64,000 nucleotides of DNA from Batkoa obscura (GCA_030770535.1 JASVEC010000001.1:2418001-2482000); one strand, 5' to 3'; shown: positions 25,955-39,997, numbered from the stretch's first letter. A program made the numbers and translations. Notes: generated by a model not told the origin, from the sequence alone.

Positions 25955-27713
25955 ATGGCATCAGCAATATTTGTATTAGATTTAAAAGGAAAGATATTGA
26001 TATCTAGGAATTACCGAGGGGATATACCATTGAGTGCGGTAGAAAAGTTTATGCCGCTATTATTAGCAAGTGAAGAAGAAGATAATGTATCACCTGTTTT
26101 AAGTTGTGACGGCATCCACTACCTTTATATTCGTCATAATAACTTATATCTATTAGCTATCACTAAAAAGAACTCGAATGCTTGTACTATTCTTTTGTTT
26201 TTACATCGTTTGACAAAGGTGAGTTGGATTGATTCTTAGTTATAGTTTATTTAATTTTATTTTTGAAAAAGGTATTCACTGAATATTTTAAATCCCTCGA
26301 AGAAGAGTCGATCCGAGACAATTTTGTCATTATTTATGAGCTATTGGATGAGATGATGGATTTTGGTTACCCGCAAACTACTGAAACTAAAATTCTTAAA
26401 GAGTTTGTCTTTTTGTTTTTTTTATATTATATAATAACTTATGTTTATTTTCAGGTATATTACTCAAGAAAGTCATAAACTTGAAAGCGAAGTTAAAGTA
26501 CCTAAAGCAGCTACCAATGCAGTATCTTGGAGAGCTGAAAATATTAAATATCGTAAAAATGAGTGTTTCCTTGATGTCGTTGAACAAGTTAATTTATTGG
26601 TAATAAATAACAAAATAATGGTACAAAATAATAATAATAGTAATAAAATTGATTTAGGTAAATACAAACGGTAATGTATTGCAAAGTGAAGTACTTGGAG
26701 CACTTAAAGTGCGTTGTTATTTATCTGGTATGCCAGAACTAAAACTTGGTTTAAACGACAAAGTGATGTTTGGGCTTACTGGAAGAAGTAAAAATTATGT
26801 TTTGAAATTTTGAAATTTTATTAAATTTTAATTATAGATAATAGTAAATCTGTTGAAATGGAAGATGTTAAATTCCATCAATGCGTCCGTTTATCTAAGT
26901 TTGAATCAGACCGTACGATCTCATTCATTCCTCCAGATGGTGAGTTTGAGCTTATGAGTTATCGTTTAAATGCTCAGGTAAATTAATACATATATATTAA
27001 CAATACGGATTTTAATTAAGTTTAGGTTAAACCTTTAATTTGGTGTGAAACTGTTATAGAAACATACACTTCATCTAAAATTGAATATCTTGTTAAGGTA
27101 ACTTGTAAAATATTAAAAAATGGACTACTTATATCAATTATTAAAGGCAAAAGCACAATTTAAAAAAAGGTCGACTGCCAATAATGTCGAAATACATGTA
27201 CCTGTACCAAATGATGCTGACACCCCTAAATTTAAGGTAATAATTTACTCTCATTATATAATTTAATTTAAAATTGATGAATTGTAGACTACCATTGGTT
27301 CTGTTTCTTATGCACCAGAAAAATCTGCATTTGTTTGGAAGATTAAACAATTCCAAGGTGGACGTGATTTTGTATTAAGAGCTTCATTTGGGCTACCTAG
27401 TGTTAAAACAGGTATTTTTAATAATGATATACAATTAGCACAATTAAATTATTGTTTAATTAGAGGAGATTGATAAAAAGAGAGCGATTTCAGTTAAATT
27501 TGAAATTCCATATTTTACAACTTCTGGAATTCAAGTACGTTACCTTAAAGTAGTTGAAAAATCAGGATACCAAGCTATGCCATGGGTACGTTATATTACC
27601 CAAAATGGAGGTAGGATTTGACTATATTGTTACAAAAAGAACTAATATTAAATATCGAATTAGATTACCATTTAAGAGCCCCAGATATTAGTGCACCACC
27701 AGCAAGAAATTAA
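25955..27713 (+). CDS. APM1: AP-1 adaptor complex mu subunit
   Basis: [91 protein letters not shown]. Confidence 0.96.
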
Positions 27714-28296
27714 GAAAAGAAAGATTATTGTTATTATTTTTAGTTGAAATTAAACTATTAAACAAATAATATTTGTTGGTTTTATTGTTTATTGTATTCG
27801 TTGTAGCGACTAGTATATTAGTATATTTCAATATACAAACAAAAAGATATAAGATTTGTGAAATATCCTTAATATTATCTAAATTTAATGAACAATTATT
27901 ATGTAAAGAATAATTGAAAAAGTAGATAAATAGTCGAGTTATGTTAAATATAAGCTATACCAATGAAGTTAAATTGTTATCTAGTATAATCTAATATTTA
28001 ATATACATTCTTTACGGTATAATTATTAAATTATTCTAAGTTTTTAATAATAAAAAGCAATTGACAATACAAAAAATTTAGTATAAAAAAATTAAAACTA
28101 ATATAGTAAATTAGCTTGTTTCAAATTTAACAAAGTTAAATAAAGTTTAAATGAACCAATTAAAATATAGTTAAAATTCTTAGATTTTAATTTTAGTTTC
28201 ATTTAAAGCAACTCCAAATTTCCCCTGAAATTTAAAATTATATAAAGTCAATAATAAGTCACTATTTACCTATATCATTTTTTTGTTTATTTTAAA

Positions 28297-28848
28297 ATGA
28301 AATTTTTATTATTATTGAGCCTAATTTGTTGTTTTCTTTCTACTCTCTTTATTTCAATAAACGCTCATGCGTTCCCTAATGATTTACTCTCAAATACTAA
28401 TAATAATGGTCTCCCTGGCAATTTAAATAACCCAATAGTAAGTTCTACTTCCGCTGATGTTACCACAAGTCCCATACTCAGTAGTAGTATTACAACCCCA
28501 GCCCTAGTCCCTAGCCTAAATCCAACCTCTAGTCCTACCTTAATTCCTACCTCACTCCCTCCAACTTCAGATGTACTGTCTACTCCAACTGCAGTATCAG
28601 GGAGTAAAACAATAAATAATAAACCCTTAATTCCAAATACTCGAAGCAAAAGTTCAAAGCTAGCTACATCCACTTTGGATTTAACTTCTTTTGTTACTAC
28701 TTCTCCTACGATTGTAGTTACTTCAACTAAATACTCAACAAAATCACCAACATCTCAAACAGATAATAATTCTTCAAATGCTACTGGTTTTGGTTATTGT
28801 ATGAACTATTGGCTTGTTTTGGGGTTGATTTATTTATTAAATTTTTAA
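28297..28848 (+). CDS. Ser/Thr/Pro-rich secreted, probably GPI-anchored protein
   Basis: Signal peptide, mucin-like body, SSNA omega region, hydrophobic tail; TATAAA upstream. Confidence 0.75.
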   Translation: MKFLLLLSLICCFLSTLFISINAHAFPNDLLSNTNNNGLPGNLNNPIVSSTSADVTTSPILSSSITTPALVPSLNPTSSPTLIPTSLPPTSDVLSTPTAVSGSKTINNKPLIPNTRSKSSKLATSTLDLTSFVTTSPTIVVTSTKYSTKSPTSQTDNNSSNATGFGYCMNYWLVLGLIYLLNF

Positions 28849-28930
28849 TATTTTTTAATATTTTTTGATATTTTTTTGCAAAATTTATGAATAAGATTTG
28901 ATTCTTGGTTTTTATGTTTTTTCAAATCTA

Positions 28931-29402
28931 ATGTCAAGGTTTATCAATTTCAATAGTATACGACAATACGCTAGTATTAATAAAGAAAGACTAAAAGATG
29001 TACCCGATTTTAAAACTGTATGCATTATTTTTTTTGAATTGAATACACTACTTACCTTTTTATTTTTGAAGTTTTTAACTCGTAGCAAAGTGATTCAATT
29101 TTATAGATCTAGCTTAAGAACGATATCAAGTAATACTTTATCTTATATAAAACAACTGATAACTTATCTCTATTTTTATAGAAGTAAAAAATGAACATGA
29201 TAAGATTTATTTAAAACAATGGTTAAGAAGCGATATTGAAAGATATCGTTCAGTTACTGACTTAGTAGATTTCTATTTCTATTTCTATTAAACAATACTA
29301 ATTTAAATAAACTGATAGAAAAGAATCGATGAATTGTTATCTCAAGGACATGCTCAATTAAGAACACTAAATAAGTCTTTATCGCTTTCTGGTAATATGT
29401 AA
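28931..29402 (+). CDS. Mitochondrial LYR-motif protein, LYRM2-like (4 exons)
   Basis: DFKT|FLTRSKVIQFYRSSLRTISK|VKNEHDKIYLKQWLRSDIERYRSVTDL|KRIDELLSQGHAQLRTLNKSLSL; FYR in place of LYR. Confidence 0.8.
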
Positions 29403-30020
29403 ATAATAAAGAAAAAAATTATTTGCAAGTGGTAGTAGGAATAATACTGATTTTATTAAGGTTTTAATAGCTATTGTGAATTGCTTTTATCTAAATAAGC
29501 TATTGCTATTCGTTAAGTATAATAAACTATTAGAAAAATAGGGGTAGAAATATTATGTTTAATAGATAAATAAATAAACTTCATTATATTATTATTTAGA
29601 ATACGAATTTTAGAAAATTTAACTAAAATCGGAAAAACTATTAAAATTAAAATTCTTTAAGGGTTTAATGTTAAACTATACCCTCAAATTGTATTTTTAT
29701 GTTTATAAATAATATAATATTTGTGCTATGAATATTATTTATTTGTACTGTATTATCTGTATTAAACATAAAATAATACATTAACTGAAAATCATAAATA
29801 TACACATACAATTCCAATAAATAGGGGTTTGATTTGTACTTTGATTATTTCCAAGTTAGGAACCAAAGGATAAAATAAATTTAAAAATTAAGCGAGAACT
29901 AAAGGTGCATAATTATTCCAACTATAAATTTAGAATCATTTCCATTATAAAAGCAAGTCCTTCATTTTATTTTATTTTATTTTTTATTGAAATTTTATAA
30001 ATAAAAAGCATTAAAATTCA

Positions 30021-32627
30021 ATGAAGTTTTCACATACTGTCCAATTCAATGCTGTACCAGAATGGAGAAATCATTATATTGCGTAAACTATATTTTTTCT
30101 GATCCACTATTTTTTATATTAATCTATAACCATTCATTTAGCTATTCTAACTTAAAAAAATTAATTTATCAAATTGAAAAAGATTTGTTTTCACGTTCAA
30201 GTCCCACCGGAGAATGTAATGAATTAGATGAAACATGTACCTTATTAGGAGCGAATACCATAGCAAATAAAAGTTTTATGCCTGCTTTAGATGAAGAGTT
30301 AAAAAAGATCATTAATTTTTATACAAAGAAAGAAACAGATCTTTATACCAGTGTTGAAAAATTATGTCATAAAGCTTTTATATTAGAAAGTCGATGTAAC
30401 GATATTGATTCTTCTCATCTTATTGAAGAAGGTATAGGTACTCAGCAAAGTAATTCTCCTGATTTAATTGATATTGAATCAGAAGGCGCTATTTTACAAT
30501 CGAGTGTATTAACTGGTTCGCCTAGTAACTCGGATTTAAAACCAAGTCCATTAAATCGAAGTAATAATAAGAATCTTAAACATCGTTCGATTTCGTTCTA
30601 TGAAACACCAAAGAAAGATACCAATATCCTTAATTCAATAGAAAGAAGATTATCAACTGGAGGTAATGATAAAATGAATATGGATATTTCATTTGAAGAA
30701 GAAGCCATTGTATTAACTAAAAAAGTAATTGAACATTTTGTATTATTAACAGAACTTAAAAATTATGTGGTATTAAATTATACAGGATTTAGTAAAATAT
30801 TAAAAAAATATGATAAGGTAACTGGAGTATCAATTACCAAACGTTATTTGAATGAAACTGTGTTAGCTTCTTATCCTTATTTAGAATCAACTAAAAATAA
30901 ACTGGATGATCAAATTATTCGTATACAGACAATCTATGCTACCTTACGTAATATTGATCAACAACATGCTTTTGAAGAATTAAAATCTCATTTACGTGAA
31001 CATCTGGTTTGGGAACGTAATACCGTTTGGAGAGATATGGTATCTTTAGAACGTAAAGCACATTCCGTTGGTTTAAAACAATTATCTTTTCCAAAATCAA
31101 CACCACAAACTACTTCCACTCAAATCAAAGCAAGTAGTTTATTTAGCTTCACTTTCACTGATGGCATGCAAAATTCATTATTGTTTTTAACATTTTCTGT
31201 ATTTTTTATAATTTTAATCAATTACTCTCCATTTTCAGAACGTGAACCAGCTAATTGTTTTGCTTTATTAATTTTTGCATCTCTTTTATGGGCTTCAGAA
31301 ATTATACCTTTATTTGTTACTGCTTTATTAATTCCCTTTTTAATTGTAGTTTTGAAAATTTTAAAAGAAGATAATGGAAATCGACGACTTACTGCTCCTG
31401 AAGCCACTCATGAAATCTTTGCTTCCATGTTTTCACCGGTGATTATGTTATTATTAGGTGGCTTTTCATTAGCTTCAGCACTATCGAAACATCATATAGC
31501 TAAAAAAATGGCCTCAGCAGTTTTATCTTATGCTGGTTCTGAACCTTCTAAAGTTTTATTGGCTAATATGATGGTAGCTACTTTTGCTAGTATGTGGATT
31601 TCTAATGTAGCTGCTCCAGTCCTATGCTTCTCATTAATTCAACCATTACTAAGAACATTACCAAGTAAAAGCCCTTATGCTAGAAGCTTAATTATGGGAA
31701 TTGCATTAGCTTCTAATATTGGTGGTATGGCATCCCCTATATCATCACCTCAAAATATAATTGCTATTAGTAATATGGATCCAGCTCCTACTTGGCTACA
31801 ATGGTTTGCTATTTCTATACCTATTTGTTTAGTTGGAAATATATTAGTTTGGTCGGCTTTGTTATTGATTTATAAGCCTAGTAGTCATAATTTAACTTTA
31901 AACCAAATTCGATATACACCTGAAAAGTTTAATAATACTCAATTATTTGTTTGTTTTGTAACTTTATTTACAATTATATTATGGTGTTTAGCTCATCAAT
32001 TAGAATCTATTATCGGTGATATGGGAGTAATTGCTATAATACCTTTAGTACTGTTTTTTGGTACAGGGATTTTATCGAAAGATGATTTTAATAATTTTTT
32101 ATGGACAGTTATTATATTAGCTATGGGCGGTATTGCTCTAGGTAAAGGAGTTAAATCTTCTGGGTTATTACATATTATATCAATTAATGTTAAGCAATTA
32201 ATATTAAATTTTAACTTATTTCAAATTATGGCTATTATGTGCTTCTTTGTACTTTGTATAACTACTTTTATTTCACATACTGTAGGAGCAGTTATTATCT
32301 TTCCAATTATTGCTCAAATTGGTACTACCCTTCCAGATCCCCATCCTAGGTTACTTGTTATGGTAAAATATTATCACTTTATTTTAATTTTAGGAATTTC
32401 AATAATTAATATATATTATGTAGAGTTCAGCTTTAATGTGTTCTTCAGCAATGGGTTTACCAGTTTCTGGGTTTCCTAATATGAATGCTATTATGATGGA
32501 AGATGAAACAGGCACTCGATATTTAAGTGTTAAGGATTTTTTAAAAGCTGGGATCCCATCTTCTATTTTACTTTATGGGGTTATTATCTCATTAGGTTAT
32601 GGTATTTTATTAGCTTTAGGATTTTAA
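30021..32627 (+). CDS. PHO91: SPX-domain low-affinity phosphate transporter (Pho91/Pho87/Pho90 family)
   Basis: True start MKFSHTVQFNAVPEW at 30021 (intron after HYIA); LNYTGFSKILKKYDK, HLREH.VWERNTVWRDM, GMASPISSPQN, LPVSGFPNMNA. Confidence 0.9.
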
Positions 32628-32629
32628 TA

Positions 32630-32733
32630 TATGGGGGTGTTTTTTTGATTTCATTACTTTTTCCATCTTTTAAGCGTTATTTGAGCGGAAAAATTATTAG
32701 TAAAATTCTTAAACACAAAAATACATCCCCATA
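32630..32733 (+). mobile_element. MITE copy 5 (best preserved, TA on both flanks)
   Basis: TA-TATGGGGGTGTTTTTTTG...CAAAAATACATCCCCATA-TA, 104 bp, non-coding; starts 2 nt after the PHO91 stop. Confidence 0.85.
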
Positions 32734-32989
32734 TATTAAAAGTATAAAATATAAAATACAAATTATAAAATACAAATTATATATATTAAAAAAGTTTAAT
32801 TTTAATATTTGATTTCTAAATGTTTTCTAGTTAATAAATAATATGGGGAAAGTGTATTTTTTAGGAAAAGAAAGAATATAGATTATATATTATTATTAAC
32901 ATAGAGAATAATAATATTTACAATAAATAAAAATAGAAAATAAATTAGATATCTACAATTTAAACACACACTTAAACGATTAACGTTAA

Positions 32990-34943
32990 TCAAGAAGGAA
33001 ACTGAGAAGGGGAAGAAAAGGAAGGGTGATCTAATAATAAAGATCTTAATGAAGGTCTTCTTTTTGAATTATTTTTCATTGTAGAAGCTGATGAAAAAGA
33101 TCTAGTTAGAGATCTTGGTGAAGAATTTAAAGAATAATTAAATTCCCCATTCAAATTTTTATCCATAAAAATATTATCAATTTCTTCCATTCCTGGGATT
33201 TCAGTAGAAATATTAATTCGATAATCAATACCTTCAAGTTTAGGTAATTTGGGTGCTTCAGAATAAGATAATTGGGAGGTTTCTTGGTTTAATTGGGATT
33301 TCATTGAAGTTGTGGTAATGTTATTGTTATTGCTACTTTCATGTGTACGAAATACATTAGAGATCCATTTAGATAATATAACATTTGAGGGTTTAGGTGA
33401 AGAAGATGCAATTTGACTCAATCTATCTTTGGCATTTAATGGTTTTTGTTTATCTCTACTAGTGGTAATAGTAGTAGTATTTGTTATTCCTTCACTTGAT
33501 TTTTTTAATGATTTTAAATTTGCTAATGATAAAGTTGTCCTTAATGAAAATGCTTTCTTTTTATTAGTAATTTCTGAATTCATAGAATTATTATTAGTTG
33601 TATTGGCTATATTGATTATACTACCATCACTTGAACCTGAATGAATTGGACTCATTGCTTCTGATAAGGATTGTGGAGGTTGTCGATAAGCTTTTGATGT
33701 AGCAAAATGTACTTTTGATATAGCACCTGCAATTAAAGATGAATTATTGTTAATGGAATTGAAATTCTCTTCTGGATTAAGGGAAGTAGAAGAATTATTA
33801 TTATTATTGTTATTATATAAATAAGGTGAATTTGAATTGAATGATTTTATGCTTTGGTTATCTTTAAAATTATTCCAACTATTATTTTCCAATGGTAAAT
33901 CCAGACTAGAACGGGGTTTAAAATCATTAGTTATTACCTCCGATAAGAATGAGTGCTGTTGTTGTTGATAATTATAATGATAAGAATTAGGTCGAATTAT
34001 TCGTTGTTTATATGTTAATTTATATAAATTGGGATAATTATGTGGATTAATATTTAATTGTATTGAATTACTATCTTGATTGTTATTATTGTTGAAATAC
34101 AAATCATCCAATTGTTGTTTCACTTGATGTAAACTAATAAATACTTGAGTTAAATAAAATTTTGTTTTTGTTACTTCTTGATGTAATAAAGAGATAGCTA
34201 TACATTTATTAGATATAAAAAAAATAAAAAAATTAGTATTATTATGAACAAAGTTAAACAATATAATATTACATGATATCAATTGAGTTTGATAATTATT
34301 GACGTCTTTTTTTAATTTATTTGTTACTTTGCTATAATTTTGAGCCATCATATCCACTTTTTTAATGTTTGATATTACTAATGCCTAATTATTTATTACT
34401 CTTTTAATAAAATAAATAACAATGATAACTTAATAATTTACTTGTTCATGTATTATATTTCTTACATTAGAATATATCCTTTGTTGAATAATGGCTAATT
34501 GTATGGATAATATGGCATCCGGTACTTCATCTGAAAAATATATAATATATATTTATAATTTAAATTGTAATTTATATGTTCAACTTACCATTTAAAGCGT
34601 TTAATATATATCTATAACTATTTACATTACTACTTGTTTTATTTGGTATTATCTAATAAATCATATAATAATAAATTAAATTAAAATCAATTAAATTACC
34701 TTTTTTAAATTATCTAGTTTAATTAATAAATTATCCTTTTTTTCATTATTGTTATCATTCCATTCATTCACTAAAATTATACCCTATTGTTTTAAAATTT
34801 TATTAGTGAAATTTTCTTTTTTGAAATAAAACTTAAATTGCATTTACTTTTTCCATTTTATTGTGATCTTCCGCTTGTTCTTCTATTATGGTATTAAAAT
34901 TAGGTAACCGAAAATTGGACGAGGTGACAAGGAAAGTATTCAT
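32990..34943 (-). CDS. Hypothetical protein: helical/coiled-coil N-terminal exons plus long Ser/Asn-rich disordered tail
   Basis: ATG at 34943 (MNTFLVTSSNFRLPNFNTIIEEQAED), several GT-AG introns leading into the 455-aa ORF; no family recognised. Confidence 0.6.
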
Positions 34944-35472
34944 ACTGTAATGTTTTCTTAAATTCTACTAATAACTTGTAAAACTAATTAAATAAATAAA
35001 AAAACAAAGAGATAAAAAACTATTAATGAACTTAATTTAATTTGAGTTTATTTAACTTTTTAGTGACTTGAGTTTGACTTATTTTTTAAAATGTTGTCAT
35101 ATCACGCCTGAGTTAGAATTCAAATACTTTTTATTGGTTGATTCTAGATCAATTAATGTCATTAATAGAAAATTACTGTTTATGTGAATTTTTTTTAGTA
35201 ACTGATAATTTATATCCGATGTTTTATAATTGTATATTTATTGTATGTTGAATTTTCGAGTTTAAAAGAAAAATACTGGAATAATAGTAGAATAATAATA
35301 ATATTAGTATTATCATTGAAATAAATATTTCTTTTTAAACCTCTTATAATTGTTATTTGACTTTTTGTTTTGTGTCGATTGTTACACTAAAATAAATTAT
35401 TATTAAAATTTTAAATACCAAATTCTTATTACATAATAGGCAATTGAACTAATAAAATAAAGCATAAGTCAA

Positions 35473-35480
35473 TGCCACGT
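35473..35480 (+). promoter_or_regulatory. TGCCACGT bZIP (Hac1/XBP1/CREB3-like) element next to an inverted CCAAT box
   Basis: TGCCACGTTATTGG ~85 nt upstream of the ERV41-like ATG in otherwise extremely AT-rich DNA. Confidence 0.35.
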
Positions 35481-35564
35481 TATTGGATGGAGTTATAATG
35501 TAGAACTAAAATTTTAAATTTTAAATAATAATTGATTTAGACTTAAGTATCTAACTTAGAGACA

Positions 35565-37150
35565 ATGATAAGCAATAGTGAAAAGAAATTAAAGTATTTT
35601 GATGCGTTTCCAAAGATTAAAGAAGAATATCAATTTAAAACTAAAACTGGTGGCTTATTTACCTTTATTGTTGTTATTATATTGTTTTATTTAACTATAT
35701 TTGAAATCAATAATTTTATTCATTTGAAACAAAGTTATGAATTTATTGTAGATCGAGATTTAGGTCATAACGATTTACAAATTAATGTTGATATTACGAT
35801 TGGGATGCCATGCAATTGTAAGCTCATCTAGAATATATATATTATTGAATATTAAATTGGGGTATAGATTTAAATGTGGATGTTCATGATGCTTCAGGAA
35901 ACTCAATTCATATGCAAAATCAAATTCAAACATATCCAGTATTATTATTATTTAAATGTTTGATAATATTAATTATTATTATAGGTTCATTTTGATTTAG
36001 GAAAAGCAAAGATGCTACAGTAAGAAATTTAAAATCATGTTAATAGGATAATAAACATTAAATCAAATAATAGAGATAATAAACAACTTGAGCAACATAT
36101 TGGCTATTTAGTTGAACAAGGACAATATCATCAAGATGAAGAATTTGAAAAAAGTGGAGTTGAAAGTAAAAAATTAGAGTTTGTTTTATTTGATTAATTA
36201 TTAATATTAAATTGTTTTAATTTAGCACAAATTATTGATTCTTGTAGAGTTAGTGGTTCATTTCAAGTTAAAAAGGTAAACTTCTGTTATTATTTTATAT
36301 TCATTTAATATCATTTATTTATATCATTGTTATTATTATTATAGGTTCAAGGTAACTTTCATATAACTCCACAAGGTCATGGCCATGGTGGTATGCATGT
36401 TCCGCATAATGGTAAATTATTATTATTATCATTATTATTATTATTATTCTATTTTATTGTTATGTTATTATGTTATTATGTTATTTATTATTTATTTTAG
36501 CATTTAATTTTACTCATCGAATTGACAAATTTTCCTTCGGTAAACATTATCCGTTATTAGTTAACCCATTAGATAATGTTTATTCAATTTCAAAAAATAG
36601 TAATATTAATTTTTATTTTATTTTATTTTATTTTATTTTGTTTTATTTAGCTATGGATATATTTCAATATTACATTTCAGTAGTAAGTTTACCAATATAA
36701 TTTATATTTAATATAATTTATTAACAATGTTTTATTTATTAGGTCCCTACCATTTATATTGGTAATTAATTATTATATTATATTATATTAAGATACATTA
36801 GTATATATTATTAATTTATATCTTAGATAACTATAATCAAGCTTTAATAACTAATCAATATGCTGTACTTGATCATCGTTCTGATATCCAATCTATTAGC
36901 TCATCAACACAAGGTAATATTAATAATATAATAATATTATAATATTTAATCATTTATTTAATTAAATATATATTATTTAGGACTATTTTTTCAATATAAT
37001 ATTGAACCCATTTTAGTTAGAATTACTGAAAAAAGAGAATCAATAATTAAATTTTTAATACGATTGAGTGGTATTATTGGTGGAATTTTTGTATGTGTTG
37101 GATTTTTACATCAATGTTTTGAATTTTTACTCTCTTTTTTTAAAAAATAA
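35565..37150 (+). CDS. ERV41: ER-derived vesicle protein Erv41/ERGIC2 (Erv41/Erv46 family), >10 short exons
   Basis: LKYFDAFPK..TKTGG, QINVDITIGMPC, SCRVSGSFQVKKVQGNFHIT, FNFTHRIDKFSFG..YP.LVNPLD, FQYYISVVPTIY, FLIRLSGIIGG. Confidence 0.85.
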
Positions 37151-37236
37151 ACTTTCTTCATTTCTTATTAAATTTTTGAATTCAATTAAATTAAATTCAA
37201 TACTGTTCTTATTAATTATTACTATGTAAATTAACA

Positions 37237-37608
37237 ATGGGAAGAAAATACCAATTGAAAAGTAAAGTTAAATATTATGAAAAACAAATTCAATATCAAA
37301 AACAATATGAATTTGATAATAAAATACAAGATAAAGATAAACAAGAGTATACAGTTAATGAAAGTTTACAGTTATTAAGGAATAAGAGTAGAAAAAAATT
37401 AAATAGTATACATTCATGGGAAGAAATTATTAATAATAATTTTAATATTAATAATATCAATGATAGTTATTATTATTATAATAATTTTGATACTTTTAAT
37501 AATAATAATAGTAATATAAATTACCGATCATTAATTGCTGGGCCATCAGCTCCTAACTCATGGTTAAATAATTCATATTCAATCTCTAATAATCAACTAT
37601 TTAATATC

Positions 37609-37681
<73 letters not shown>

Positions 37682-38379
37682 GTTTATATAATAAAATAAT
37701 TAATTTAATAAATAATAATATTTATTATACAATTATAATAATAAAAAATTATCAAAAATTAACGTTAAAAATACAACAACAATTATTACCAATAATTTTA
37801 TCAAAATTAAATAATCCAAATAAGTTGTTATTAAATTTACATCATAATAATTATTATTTATTAGATTTTACCTTATGTAATATTAATTCAGACACATTAA
37901 TTCAATTTTTAGGTAAAAAAATAAATAATCAACAAACTAATAAAGTATTAGAGGATTGGGAAGATTATGAAGAATATGAAATTATAAATTATAACAATAA
38001 TACAAACTATATGAAATATTTATATTGTATTAAATTAAATTATTGTTTAAAAATAGATATTAAGTTAATACAACATTTAGGTACACATTATAATCAATTA
38101 ACTCATTTAGAATTTAAAAATACATTAAACAATTTACCTACTCATTTAATAAATAATTTAATTAATTTATTATCAGATAAATTTATTAAATTAAAATATT
38201 TAAATTTAGTTAATAATCAATGGAATAATATAAATAATAATAATTTAATAATATTAAATAAATTAAATAATAATATTAATTCATTTCCAAGTTTAACTTT
38301 ATTACTATTATTTGATAATAATAATCAAGAAACAATAATTAATAATCGAAAAAAGATAAAAATAATATATCAAATATAA
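37237..38379 (+). CDS. Hypothetical Asn-rich protein with LRR-like C-terminal half
   Basis: 380-aa intronless ORF in extremely AT-rich DNA; IAGPSAPNSW motif, poly-N, LTHLEF/LKYLNLVNNQW/FPSLTLL LRR-like segments. Confidence 0.6.
37609..37680 (+). repeat. (AAT)24 microsatellite encoding poly-Asn
   Basis: Uninterrupted AAT run, in frame in ORF 37237-38379. Confidence 0.95.
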
Positions 38380-38412
38380 TTATTATCTCAATTCTATTAA
38401 TAATATCGATAT

Positions 38413-39273
38413 TTAATAAACAAATTCTGGATTGGACTTTTTAACAACTTCAGCAATATAACTCAAGAAATGATTGACTTTAGTATAAACACCAGGATAA
38501 ATAGTACTACCACATTTAATACCATAAGAAACAATACCCGTAATAACAGGTACATTAAAATTATCTAATAAAATTGGACCACCTGAATCTCCTTCACATG
38601 CATCTTTACCTTTTAAATCACCAGCACAAAATTGACTATTTTTATCTATCTTTATTTTATTATTATTAAATATTTCATTACATTGTTGATTATTAACTAA
38701 AGGTAAATTAACTTGCATTAATTTATCTGCAGGTTCTCCTTCTTCTGAAGTTAAACCCCAACCTATAACTTTTAATTGAACATTATCTTGTTTATTTAAA
38801 ACATCCTTAATATCATATAATACACCCACTTTTTGTTCAAATGGCCTATTAATTTTCCATAAAGATATATCATTTTTGGCTTTCTTTCTATCAAATTTAG
38901 GATGAACATGTACTTCCATTATATCATAAATTGTAGCTCCTTCACTTTCAGGTAAGACTTTTTGATTATATCGATTTAATACTGCTTTCCATTCCATTAT
39001 TTGATTCTGTTCAGGTGCACAATGAGCTGCTGTTAATACCATATTACCATGAATTAAGGTACCTGCACATGAATGAGAACCATTTTCAGTTAAAGAAACT
39101 AAAAAGGAAGAATATTGTTTAGAGTCTTTAACTTCTTCTCCACCAACTATTCGAAAGTTACGTTTTTTTCCACTTGAATTAGAAGTAATTGAATTATTAT
39201 TGTTAGTTGGTATTGAAATTACTTCACTAACCAGAGTAAAGCTTATTAATGTTAAAATGGTCTTAAATTGCAT
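38413..39273 (-). CDS. Secreted trypsin-like serine protease (S1A)
   Basis: Signal peptide, R|IVGG, LTAAHC, NDISLW, DACEGDSGGP (Asp S1 pocket), PGVYTKV. Confidence 0.95.
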   Translation of the reverse strand: MQFKTILTLISFTLVSEVISIPTNNNNSITSNSSGKKRNFRIVGGEEVKDSKQYSSFLVSLTENGSHSCAGTLIHGNMVLTAAHCAPEQNQIMEWKAVLNRYNQKVLPESEGATIYDIMEVHVHPKFDRKKAKNDISLWKINRPFEQKVGVLYDIKDVLNKQDNVQLKVIGWGLTSEEGEPADKLMQVNLPLVNNQQCNEIFNNNKIKIDKNSQFCAGDLKGKDACEGDSGGPILLDNFNVPVITGIVSYGIKCGSTIYPGVYTKVNHFLSYIAEVVKKSNPEFVY

Positions 39274-39507
39274 TATTAATTATTTGTTTGGAAATAAAAA
39301 TCAAAGTAAATGAGATAAATGTGTTATTTATATTAATCATTTTTTATTATAAATCAAAATAAAGCTATTTAATAATTATAGTAATAGTAAAATTTAGAGT
39401 TCAAAATTTTTACACTAATTAATTAATTTAATTTATTTTTTTATTATATAAAACTAAACTGAAATTACTAAATTTAGTAGTTAATTTATTAATATTCTAT
39501 TTGAACA

Positions 39508-39611
39508 TATAAAGATGTTTTTATTTTGTTTTATCACTTTTTCCATCTTTTAAGTCTATTTAAGTGGAAAAATTGTTAGCAAAATTCTTGACACAAAAAT
39601 AGATCTTCATA
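39508..39611 (+). mobile_element. MITE copy 6 (diverged TIRs)
   Basis: tataaagatgttttt...ttttccatcttttaag...gtggaaaaattgttagcaaaattcttgacacaaaaatagatcttcata. Confidence 0.75.
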
Positions 39612-39997
39612 TTTCATTGAGTTTATAATAAATTTAACATTTATCAAAGTTTTTTTTAAATCTTATTATTTTTTACAATTATAAATAATTGATTTCTTAA
39701 TATTGTTATACATTTGATATTTTATTTATTTATTTATTAGAATTTTTACTTTTAATTAAGATTTATACAGAATTATTATATAGCAATAATATTTCAAGAT
39801 TACCAAAGTTATTATTATTTAAATCTATTTAGAAAACTTGAAAATGGAATTTTTTAATTAACAAAGAATTATTAGATGACTGACAGATTAAAAAAATTAG
39901 CGGACAAAGTTTTTGAAAAATAATAGAGGATTAGCTGAAATTAAAAATTTGCTTTAAAACTTGTTAGATAAAAATATGAAAAGGGAATTTTATAAAA

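Noticed and set aside
30062..30141. ORF-track N-terminus MEKSLYCVNY... of the phosphate transporter
   Set aside because: It reads through an intron in the wrong frame; the conserved SPX start MKFSH is at 30021.
18805..32627. ACR3 plus PHO91 as an arsenic-resistance cluster
   Set aside because: 10 kb and six unrelated genes apart; no arsenate reductase, ArsH, ArsM or Yap regulator seen.
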